Shown here: positions 9,301-19,963 of the stretch, piece after piece | How the letters are laid out: the number at the start of each line of letters is the position of its first letter | Position numbering within the stretch: the stretch's first letter is position 1 | Source of the DNA: Piromyces finnis finn | Taxonomy: Eukaryota > Fungi > Neocallimastigomycota | Assembly (NCBI GenBank): GCA_002104945.1 | Contig: MCFH01000032.1 | Span: forward strand, 310,001-374,000 | Direction of reading: 5' to 3' | DNA: 64,000 nucleotides | Translations under genes and position numbers: made by a program | The notes under the pieces: generated by a model | Told to the model about the DNA's origin: nothing | Seen by the model: the letters and a program-made list of their open reading frames with translations, nothing else | Databases searched by the model: none

Positions 9301-11207
9301 TTATTAGAAGTTAATTAAGTTCCATTATTAATTTGGATGATAGTTCATTGGTTTTTTTATTCAACCAATTTCCAAACTCTTTGAAAACATCAATTTTATT
9401 CTTGACAAATATTACCCATCCATATCGACTGTAATCATCTAAGATACTTAAAAAGTATACATTGTCATGAATTGATGGTGTGATTGGATCTACCAGATCG
9501 ATGTATACTAGTTCCAAAACAGTAAACACTCTACTATTTGATCTTTTATGAGGGATTTCTTTCATTTTTCTTCTCATGCATATTGCACAATTGTGAATAT
9601 TGTTCTTTTCATCATTATTGTTGAAATTCATATGCCCAATTCTTCTATGCCAGTATTCTCCATTGTTTCGTACATTATTGCACTTTGAATAATTATTAAT
9701 AGTTTATTTTATTTACCACTTGATTGGGTAAATGAAATAAACTTTCTATATATTTAATAACCATTAATATATGGTTATGCATTATTTCCATCCAATAATT
9801 GCTAACCAGAATATATGATTTCAATTGAAATATATATGGGCAATTTTATGGCCACATATATTTCTTACACTATTAGAAAAATTGATATTGTCTTAATGAT
9901 TAATACTTAAGACAGTAATATGGATCACTCGGGTTTGACTCACACCATGATTTAAAATTTATTTTAAATATTTAATAATTTATTTATAGCACATAGAAAC
10001 TTATAGAATTTACTCGAAAAAAAGAATAAGTTCGAATATTCGAAAAAATAAAATATTTTTATATTTTTATCAAGGGATTCATTTTATGTAATTTTTAATT
10101 AATTTAAAGAACAGTTTAGAAAGATAATTGAATTTTTTGATTTAACCACATTTAATTTAGAAAAATATAAATATGAATGGTTTGAATCAAAAATTGAATT
10201 TTTTGTGTTTTTATTAACTTTTAATTTTATTAAAAAACAAAACATTATTAATAAAAAATAATTAAAAAATTAAATAAATAATTGACTTATAGGGAATAAA
10301 AAAAACCTTTTTCTATATAAATTTTATTAATTTCTACATTTATAAATATTTATATAGATAATTCGTTACAATCTTTTTGATTATTGATACTAGTAGTTGA
10401 TCTTGTAGTATTATTAGAATTTGATGTATTAGTATATTGTGTACTAACGCTATTGTTCATTATATTATAATTTTTACTATAATTAACATTGCTACCATTG
10501 TTATTATTATTACTGTTAAAATTATTATTTATTTTTGTATTATGGAGAATAATAGTTATTTGAATATTTTGTTCTATTATAATTATAATTTGAATTATTA
10601 ATTATTATTAGTACGACGGTAATTCATAGATGAAATACTAGCTCTAAAATTTGGACCATTATGAATTTCGTAGTATCTTTCAGCGATTTCCATAGCATCT
10701 TCAATTGATTTTAGGTCTGCAAATGCGACTTTTTCATAAACATCATTTTGTGCAACTAAAGAAAATTCATAGCCATTGTAACGAATCGTAGAAATAATGA
10801 AATTGTCTTAGTGTTAGTAACTAAGACTTTGGTCCGAATGTCTTGAGTTTGAGACCTCTAAATTACTTTCTTTATTTATTTTATTTTAATTTTTTATTTT
10901 GATTTTTTTACCAACACGAAATTCTTTGATTGGTTAAGAAATTTAAGTTGCAAAAAATCTTTTAAATTAATTTTAAAAATTTTTATATAAATACGAGTGA
11001 ATTTTTCTAAATAATTTAAAAAAATTGAGTTTTTATTAATTAATAAATTATTGTTAAACACTAACCTATTAAGTTAGAAATTGTGTGTTTTTAATAATAA
11101 TTTTAAATATTAATAATTAACAGTAATTAAAAGTGTTTTATATTTACTAAGTTATTTTAGTAAATTATTATAAATTTCTTTTATTGTTAAGAACACATTT
11201 CTTTACA

Positions 11208-11217
11208 ATAAAAACTC
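11208..11217 (+). promoter_or_regulatory. Primer-binding site of element C (self-priming type), ATAAAAACTC
   Basis: Directly follows the LTR CA and is the exact reverse complement of GAGTTTTTAT at 11027-11036 in the LTR. Confidence 0.8.
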
Positions 11218-12447
11218 CTTATAATAATAGACTTAATACCTTAGTGTTAAAGAAATAGTTATAGATAAATTTTATGTTTTATTATTGAAGCTTTTCTTTC
11301 AAAAACACATTAAAAAAAATAATATAATAATAATAAAATTGACATATAAAATAATAAAATAGTTAAAATTTATTATAAAAAACAGAGTATAGCTAGTAAC
11401 AACACTTGAGTTGTGGAGGAGGCGCTCAAAGTTATTTTATAAAAATATAAACTATAATTATTTTATAATAAATTTTAAATTATTTTTATTTTTTGGAACG
11501 AAGTTTTAATAAAACACTTTATTTTTCAAGTTTTCTTGAAAATTAGATTTATTCAATAATATTTTAAAAATATTATATAATAAACTAATATTGACTTCCT
11601 ACGAGTCAAAAGTTAGACTTTGATACCATAATACTTTTGCGTTTAGGTATAGTTGAAACACGGGGAAACTAATTTGTTCAATTCTTTCATACTAACAAGA
11701 GTTAGCCATTATAAAGAATTAAACAATATTACTTCCTATCATCGAAAGATATTAACATTCGACTTTACCTACTTTATCGTAAAAGAGCTAAAGGAACTCT
11801 TAGACATTAGTTTATAACAAATTATATATTTGGTGGTCTAACACTATATAATTTGGCATATATTTTTAAATTATTTTTTAGTTAATAAATATAATTGAAG
11901 AAAACTTTTTTTTAATAAAATATCTTTTTCATTTTCTTTTAATTCGTTCCATTAAAAAAAAATAAAATTTTTTGGAAGCTTTGTTTAATTTAATATTGAT
12001 AATTGAAATATTCTTTTCTTATCAATTTTGAGTTAAACAAATTATATTTCAGCAATAGACAGGCCTTATTGATTTATCAACAGGCATATTAGGCATATTA
12101 GGGGTAATAGTAAGAACCTGAAGCGCGTGACGGAACTTAGATCGCGTGAATAGGGCGACGGAAACATCTATTATCGGACGAAAGACCCTTAATCAATAGT
12201 CTATTAAATATAATTTAGTCGGTAACTCAATTTGATAATAACAATATTAAATTTTCTTTCTTTAATTTTATTAAAAATATTATTTTCTTTGTATTCTAAT
12301 TATAATCTAAATCAATTCAAAATTCATAATTCCGAGACATATTTCATTTTTTTTAAAAAAAAAATATAATCTCAAGTTTAAGTAATAGTCTAAGCTTCCT
12401 AAATAAATCGAAAGTCAAATATTCTAAGCTTTTAATTATAAGTCAAA

Positions 12448-13900
12448 ATGGATGAAATTAATCAAAACATCTTTGGCAATGCTGCTCTGAAGGATGGATT
12501 TGCTGGGGATAAAAGATTTCTAAAAGGATTCCTGGCCAAGATAGAATTAGTGTTTCTTCTTTACCCTGAAAGATACCAAAATGACGAAACAAAAATTTTA
12601 TACGTTATCTCTCGCTTGTATGGAAATGCCTTGAATTGGGCAGCTACCTTAATCGAAAATCATGATCAATGCCTCCTAAACTATGACGCCTTTGTCAGTA
12701 GATTAAAAACCTTCTATGAAAATAATGATGAAGTTTTCTTTGCTAACCAAATGCTTAAGAGGGTTAGACAGAAGAATATCGGCCGTGTCAACGACTACAT
12801 TATGGAATTCAATAAATATGCAGATGTTTCCTCTTGGAATGAAGAAGCCAAGATGGATGCTTTTTTGTCAGGTTTGGTCGACCAAGTTGCTTCACGTATT
12901 ATTGAAATGTTTCCCGGACCAAAGAATCTTTCTTCTATGCAAACTATTGCTTCTAGGTGTAAAGATATAAAGTATATCTTTAAATTATTTAATAATTATT
13001 TAATAATTAATTAATAATTATTGAATAATAATTTTGATATTTTAATGAAAAATTGTTTATAAAATTTATTGTATAAATTTTATGGAATAATTAAATAAAG
13101 ATTAATTTTAAAATATCAAAGTTACAAATGAAATTTGGATAAATATTTAAATTAATGGATAATTAAATTTAAATATTTTAAATATTCAAATTAAATCTTA
13201 AAAAGTTTTTATTTAATTAAAATTAGTTTAATAACTTTAGCGTAGTTTTAAATTAGCATTTTTAATTATAAATATATAATAAATAGTATTGTTAATATTT
13301 AATTAATATATAGGTAATACATGGACTGTATTCAATTTGCAGTTTACTCAAATTGAATCAAAAGTGTATTTAATTAGTTTTAGTTTAGTTTTATTATTTT
13401 ATTATTTAATTAAATTAGTATTAAATTAGTTTTGTTTATTTTATATTGAATATATGTATAATTAAATAGAATAGTATATTAAAATATAATTTACGAAAAA
13501 TATAAATGCATGTAAATTTCTTGATTAAAACGATGTAATTGTTATTGACTATTATTTAGTTAATAACTAAATAAAATTAATAAAAAGAGATATTTTTAAA
13601 TAGATTTTGTTTTTCTTGTTTCGTTTTATTTATTTCGTGTTTTATGTTTTAATGTAAAATTTTATAATCTGTTTTTCTTATAAACTTTTACACTAGGATT
13701 GATTCAAGACTCGCTGTTAACAAAAAATTCTTTGGTCATAGCAATTCCGAAAACTATAAATCTAGAAGAAATAATAATTTCCCGAAGAAAAACAATAATA
13801 ATTCTAGTAAAAATAAGTTTCATGGACCTTTAAGCAAAGCCGAAAAGGACAGAAGAAGAAAAAATAACTTATGTATGTACTGTGGTTCTTCCGACCATTC
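12448..13900 (+). pseudogene. gag: gag of element C, interrupted by a solo LTR
   Basis: ORF 12448- (FAGDKRFLKGFLAKIELVF...). After removing the solo LTR it continues ASRIDSRLAVNKK...KNNLCMYCGSSDH; the last Cys of the knuckle is missing. Confidence 0.88.
12958..13692 (+). mobile_element. Solo LTR of family A inside gag of element C, TSD CTAGG
   Basis: Near-identical to 870-1599. CTAGG lies at 12953-12957 and 13693-13697, and excision restores the gag frame. Confidence 0.95.
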
Positions 13901-16900
13901 ACTTTAAAGCAAAAGAAGGATAAATCTTCGAATACTTCCTTTATGTCCATTCCAACTAAACCAATTCGTCCAAGTCAAAGAACTATTGAAAACTCAGATT
14001 TTGTTGCAAACTTCAAAATTTCCTTTGAAAATTCCGTCCAAATTCTTATTGATTCAGGTTCAAAACTTAATCTAATTGATCGTGCTTACTGTGAAGAGAA
14101 CTCCATACCTTATTACGATCATTGTGATCTTCCAAAAATTATTGGTATTGGCGGTAATCAGGCAATTTTTGGTATAACTCCACCTCTCAATCTCAAATAT
14201 AAAGATCACGTTTGCAAAACTAACTTCTACGTCACAAACCTCCCAAGGTATTGTTGTATACTTGGTCTTGACTGGTTGATACTCCATAATCCAAGCATCG
14301 ATTTTTCAACAAAGAATATAACTTTCAATTCTAACTATTTTTATTCTCATTGTGTTTCTATTTCTGGTGATTCATTACACTCTTACTCTACATTTACTTC
14401 TAATGAAACAGCTTTTCCTATATTTTCAGCACAATCTCGTAATTCAATCGATCCTTCCTTGACTAATTCTAATATTCAAACAGCACTTCCCATTTTCGTT
14501 TCTTCTAATGAAGAACCCGAGAAATCTGTTAATTCTTTTGTTTCAATCTCGAATACTAGTGCTGATTCTACTAACTCTACATCCAATGACACCAATGTAG
14601 ATCAAAATCCCGATACTCTTAAATCTTCTAAAAAATCTGTTTTCCTACCTAAAGAACTTGACGAATTTCAAGATGTTTTTAATGAAATATCAGCTAACAA
14701 GCTACCTCCTCACCGTCCGTATGATTGCGAGATTAAACTAAAAGAAAATTCCAAACTTTTTTATGGCCCAATTTACCCTCTAACCGAAATTGAGTCTAAA
14801 GCTTTAGAGGAATATATCAAAGAAAACCTTAGTAAGGGCTTTATCAGAAAGTCTAAATCACCTGCCGGTGCTCCTGTTCTATTCGTCCCTAAGAAAAATG
14901 GTCAACTTCGGATGTGTGTTGACTATCGGCAATTAAATTCAATCACTATACGAGACTCTTATCCGCTTCCATTAATTCAAGATATGTTAGAACACCTCGG
15001 AAAAGGAAAAATATTTTCTAAATTGGATCTTCGTTTAGCTTATAACTTAGTCAGAATTAAAAGTGGTGACGAATACAAAACCGCTTTCACCTGTAAGCTG
15101 GGTTATTTCGAATATTGCGTCATGCCTTTTGGTTTGAAAAATGCTCCTGCGGTTTTTCAACATTTCATCAATGATGTTCTAGAAGAAGTTCTCGGAAAAT
15201 TTGCTTTCTCTTATATTGATGATATAATCATTTTTTCCCAAGATTACGAAAGCCATGTAAAGCATGTTAAAACCGTCTTAAAGCTCTTAAGATCTGCTGG
15301 TCTTTATGCAAAGCTCGAAAAATGTGAATTTTTCGTTCCGTTTATTGACTTCTTAGGCCATAGAATTTCCGCCGATGGTATCCATATGGATCCTAACAAA
15401 GTTTCTTCTATTTTAAATTGGCCTACACCCTCTAATGTTAAAGAAGTCCAATCTTTTCTTGGTCTCGCTAATTATTATAGACGATTTATTCCAAACTTCG
15501 CAAAAATTGCTCATCCATTACATAAACTCTTAAAGAAGAATGTTAAATTTTTATGGACCAATGAAGCACAAGTCGTTATTTGTCTCTGCTCCTGTTCTTA
15601 TTTTTCCTAATCGAGATCTATCATTTATTGTCGAGACCGACTCAAGTAATTTTGCTATAGGAGCAATCCTCTCTCAAGTTTCTCCCAGTGATAATATGAC
15701 TCATCCAGTTGCTTTCTTTTCCCGTTCACTTACTGGTCCTGAACGAAATTATCCTATTTACGACAAAGAACTCTTAGCTATTGTCGCAGCTCTGGAAACT
15801 TGGCGTCACCTTCTCAAAGGTTCTTCTTCTTCTTTTAAAATATACTCGGATCATAGAAACCTCCTTTACCAAAAGAAACCAGAAAAGATGTCTCAACGTC
15901 TTGTCCGCTGGGCTCTATTTCTTTCTGAATTTAACTTTGTTATTATTTACCTTTCTGGCTCTTCTAACGGTAAACCTGACGCTCTTTCCCGTCGTTCTGA
16001 TTATGCCGCTAATTCAAATCCTTCATCCGATATTCCTTTCAATGTGTTACGTCCTGAAAATTTTTGTGCTATTGTAACTTCAGTGTCTACCATAAGTGAT
16101 TCTTTCCTCTCTCTGAATACAAAATGATGAACTCTATAATAAAATTTGTGATTATCCCGATTGTAGGAAGCCTCCAATCCCTCATCCCCAAATCGACAAA
16201 TTTTCTTTAAGTAATAGCTTTCTCCTTTTTGCTGATCGCATTTATGTTCCTTCCAAATGCCGCCTCTCTATTCTTAAACTTTGTCATGATTCTCCTTCCG
16301 CTGGTCACTTTGGCATTAAAAGAACTATTTCTCTCATTTCTAGAGATTTTTGGTGGCCATCAATTACAACCGATGTTAAAAACTACGTTCGCTCTTGTGA
16401 AACCTGTTGCCGTTCAAAAAATTCCTACCATAAACCTTACGGTTTCCTTAACCCCCTTGAAATAGCCGATCGACCTTGGTCTTCTATTTCAATGGATTTT
16501 GTTACTGATCTTCCTTCTTCATCTGGTTACACTTGTATTCTGGTAACTATCGATCGTCTCACTAAAATGATTCATCTTATCCCCTTTAAAGGTATTCCTT
16601 CTGCATCAGAAACAGCTTCCGCTTTCATTGATAATATATTTCGTCTTCACGGGTTACCTTCTTCTATTATAACTGATAGAGGTTCTCAATTTACCTCTAA
16701 ATTTTTCCAATCTATTTGTTCTTCCCTATTATTGATCTTAAGTTTTCTTCTCCATTCCATCATCAATCTAATGGTCAAACGGAGAGGGTAAACTCCGTTA
16801 TTGAACAATACTTAAGATGCTTCTCAAACTATAAAGGGTCCGATTGGAAAAATTTTCTTAGTCTTGCTGAATTCAGTTATAATAATTCAGTTCAAGAATC

Positions 16901-17513
16901 ATCAAAAATTTCACCATTCTTTGCAAACTACGGTTTCCATCCAAGACATTCACCAATTATTCCAGATCAGTCAAATGTCCCAAGAGCAGAAGAATATACA
17001 AAAGATTTTAAGTCCTTGATTAATACTCTTAAAGAAAACTTAAAAGCAGCTATCGAGTCCCAAAAGAAGTATGCCGATAAACTCAGGAAAGACGCACCAA
17101 AATTCATGGTTGGAGATATGGTCTGGTTAGATAGTTCTTTAATTATCCACAAAGGAAACAAAAAATTCAAACCAAGAAAACTCGGTCCATTTAAAATTTC
17201 AAAGAAAATCTCTGATGTTTCATTTAAACTTAAACTTCCGAAGTCAATAAAGATACATCCTGTTGTCCACGTCTCCAATCTCGAACCATATTTCAAGGAT
17301 AAATTCGAAAGATCACAACCTCCACCGCCACCCATCATTGTTGACAACGAAGAAGAGTATGAAGTTGAAGAAATTCTAGATAAAAGGAAACATTACGGAA
17401 AAACTCAATATTTGATAAAATGGAAAGGACACTCTCTCAACGAGGCTTCATGGGAACCTGAAAAAAATCTCAATTGTGAAGAACTACTCAAGAAATTTAA
17501 TGAAAGAAATTGA
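13871..17513 (+). pseudogene. pol: pol of element C (PR, RT, RNase H, integrase, canonical chromodomain), frameshifted
   Basis: ORF pieces 13871-15610, 15540-16127, 16492-16791 and 16716-17513. The C-terminus reads EEEYEVEEILDKRKHYGKTQYLIKWKGHSLNEASWEPEKNL. Confidence 0.93.
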
Positions 17514-18909
17514 AATGTTAAACTTTAATTTATATTGTTTTATATTATTTTATTTTATAGTAAATGAAAAGAGAAGAGAGATTTAAAAAAAATTATTATT
17601 TTCTTAATTTTAGTTTAGTTATTTTAAAATATATTTTCATGTAATTAAAATCTTATAATGTAAAAAAAAAAAAAAAAAAAAATTTCACTCGATTAAATAT
17701 TTAATAAATTAGTTTAGTTCTTTTCGATTCGTCAGGTATCCGAATCCTCGAGGAGGGCCATGTAACGAATCGTAGAAATAATGAAATTGTCTTAGTGGTT
17801 AGTAACTAAGACTTTGGTCCGAATGTCTTGAGTTTGAGACCTCTAAATTACTTTCTTTATTTATTTTATTTTAATTTTTTATTTTGATTTTTTTACCAAC
17901 ACGAAATTCTTTGATTGGTTAAGAAATTTAAGTTGCAAAAAATCTTTTAAATTAATTTTAAAAATTTTTATATAAATACGAGTGAATTTTTCTAAATAAT
18001 TTAAAAAAATTGAGTTTTTATTAATTAATAAATTATTGTTAAACACTAACCTATTAAGTTAGAAATTGTGTGTTTTTAATAATAATTTTAAATATTAATA
18101 ATTAACAGTAATTAAAAGTGTTTTATATTTACTAAGTTATTTTAGTAAATTATTATAAATTTCTTTTATTGTTAAGAACACATTTCTTTACAGCCATATA
18201 CAGAAATCTTGTCTTTGAACTCATCCGGTAGGGCGTCATAAAGTTTCATGAACTTCCTGTTAAATTCCAATACATTTTCATTAACCTCTATTTTAACATT
18301 TTCAATTTCCTAAACTTTGTAGCTTTATCATTGTTTGAATAATATTTCTTCGTAAGTATTACTTTACATTCATTAAGATAAGTCTCTATTTATTTTTTTT
18401 CTATGTTCCAGAATTGCCTTGGTAGCTTCTTTACGAGTACTAGCCAATATATAACGGTAAGTATCTTCATTAGCTACCTTTTCTATAGCTAACCAATTTT
18501 CTAAAAGATCCACCCATGTATAAACATTTAGGTTGGTTCCTCCAATGGTTGTGGATGGAATACTAAATTCACTCATTATTGAATTGAAAATAGAATAAAT
18601 AAATTAAATTGTAATATTATATGAAATAAAATAAATAAAATGAAATGAAAGTGATTCTTAAATATAGGATTAAAATAATGTAAATAATATAATATTTTAA
18701 TTCACTTAAAAATAATATGAAAATTTCTTTAAAATAAAAATTCACTAATAACTAATATAGTTGGTAGTAAGATTAATCAAATATTATAAAATAAATAAAA
18801 GGAAGTAAAAATATTATGAAATATATTATAATAATTCCTAAATATAAAATTCTTTATATATAATATAATGTTATATAGTAATATAACATAAAACATTTCA
18901 AACTATTGA

Positions 18910-19963
18910 TTAAAAATAAAATTTAATGTGGATATAGTATCATCTTTTCTTTCTATTCAAAACTTGGACACTATTGGATGGATTTATTCAGAGTGTTATC
19001 AAGAGAATGTTACAGATCATTATACTACATTTAACAATGAATATATTGTTAGCTATAAATATATTCATGCAAAAAATATTGATAAATATCCAGAACCATC
19101 TATATTATCGTTTGATATTGAATGTATGTTTCATGATTTTGAATCCTTTCCAAATTATTATTTATATAATGATGATTTTATATCAACCATTAGTATTGTG
19201 TATTATTATAAAGATATTCTAGAAATATTGCCATTTGTATTAAATATAAAGATAAAAATAATATAGTGATTCAATTAAAATTAAATGAAATAGATTTTTC
19301 ATTCATACCATTTATTGATATTAATAAGTTTAATGATTCATGTAAACAATTTAATTTTTTTGAAGAAAATAATATTAATTTTTTTAATAATATTAACAAT
19401 AATAATAATAATGATAATAATTATAATAATTAGGATGATAATAATTATTATAATAATAAGGATGAATATGATGGGGATAGAATTAATAATGAAAATAATA
19501 TGAATGAGAATAGTAATAATAAGGATGATAATAATGATGCTAAAAATATAAATAGTAACAAAATAGTGGAAGAAGAAACTTTATTAGAACCAATCGTAGA
19601 ATTTATTATTAAACATGAAAAATCAAAAAAGATAAACTTTTAAAGAATAATATTTTAAATGATAAATATGATATTATATTTGTAGAATTAGAATATGACT
19701 TGATTTGTGAATTTTTTAAACAAATTCGAAATTTAGATCCGGATTTGATTATTGATTCTAATACCTTTAGATTCGATTACAGATATTTAGTACAAAGATT
19801 TAGTATGCAATTAATCATCGATCAAAAAGATCCACTTTTCAAAGCTAGTAGAATTCGGAATATGCCAACAAAATTTATAACTACTTCAAGTAATGAAGTT
19901 GAACTTAAGATTCCGGGAATAATAGCAATTGATATTTTCAAATATGCAAAATCTTTAGTTTGT
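18910..19963 (+). pseudogene. Degenerate family-B DNA polymerase fragment (N-terminal/3'-5' exonuclease region), possibly viral
   Basis: Exo I-like PSILSFDIEC, Exo II-like EYDLICEFFKQIRNLDPDLIIDSNTFRFDYRYLVQR, downstream KIPGIIAIDIFKYAK and upstream FLSIQNLDTIGWI. No introns are evident; it has frameshifts, stops and an Asn/Asp-rich insert. Confidence 0.8.

Larger units (their letters stand above)
5454..9900 (-). mobile_element. Decayed Ty1/copia element (pre-integrase, integrase, RT, RNase H, putative 3' LTR)
   Basis: Domain order is INT-RT-RH. Motifs: WHRRIGH and CAICMRRKM (~9630), ILDDYSRY, AVKTANYVHNR, LNKALYGLKQAAREWN, YVDDILI, YRAAIVSLLYLAIGTRPDI, STSTAEA, IDNQATI, KSKHIDIKYH and ENLADGFTK. 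There are many stops and frameshifts, and no gag is seen. Confidence 0.92.
10777..18192 (+). mobile_element. Full-length Ty3/gypsy chromovirus, element C (defective), TSD GCCAT
   Basis: LTRs 10777-11207 and 17761-18192 differ only by one visible 1-bp indel. TSD GCCAT lies at 10772-10776 and 18193-18197, and a purine tract GAGGAGGGCCA precedes the 3' LTR. Gag starts at 12448, PR is LIDSGS, and RT/RH/INT/chromodomain span 13871-17513 with several frame breaks. Confidence 0.96.
10390..18576 (-). pseudogene. Gag-like ORF X split in two (18576-18193 and 10776-~10390) by element C
   Basis: Removing element C and one GCCAT joins ENVLEFNRKFMKLYDALPDEFKDKISVYG to YEFSLVAQNDVYEKVAFADLKSIEDAMEIAERY in frame. 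This fits a retrotransposon capsid helix pattern and is followed by an Asn-rich tail. Confidence 0.75.

Noticed and set aside
9900-10330. Coding remnant or copia 5' LTR
   Set aside because: No match to 5454-5567 and no recognisable peptide motif.
12112-12190. Hammerhead ribozyme (CTGAAG...stem...GAA...)
   Set aside because: The core deviates at several invariant positions (CUGAAGC rather than CUGANGA; GAAU rather than GAAA) and no stem I can be formed.
13860-13910. Programmed -1 gag/pol frameshift in element C
   Set aside because: The break falls inside the zinc knuckle, which lacks its last Cys. A deletion explains it better, and related element B is a single ORF.
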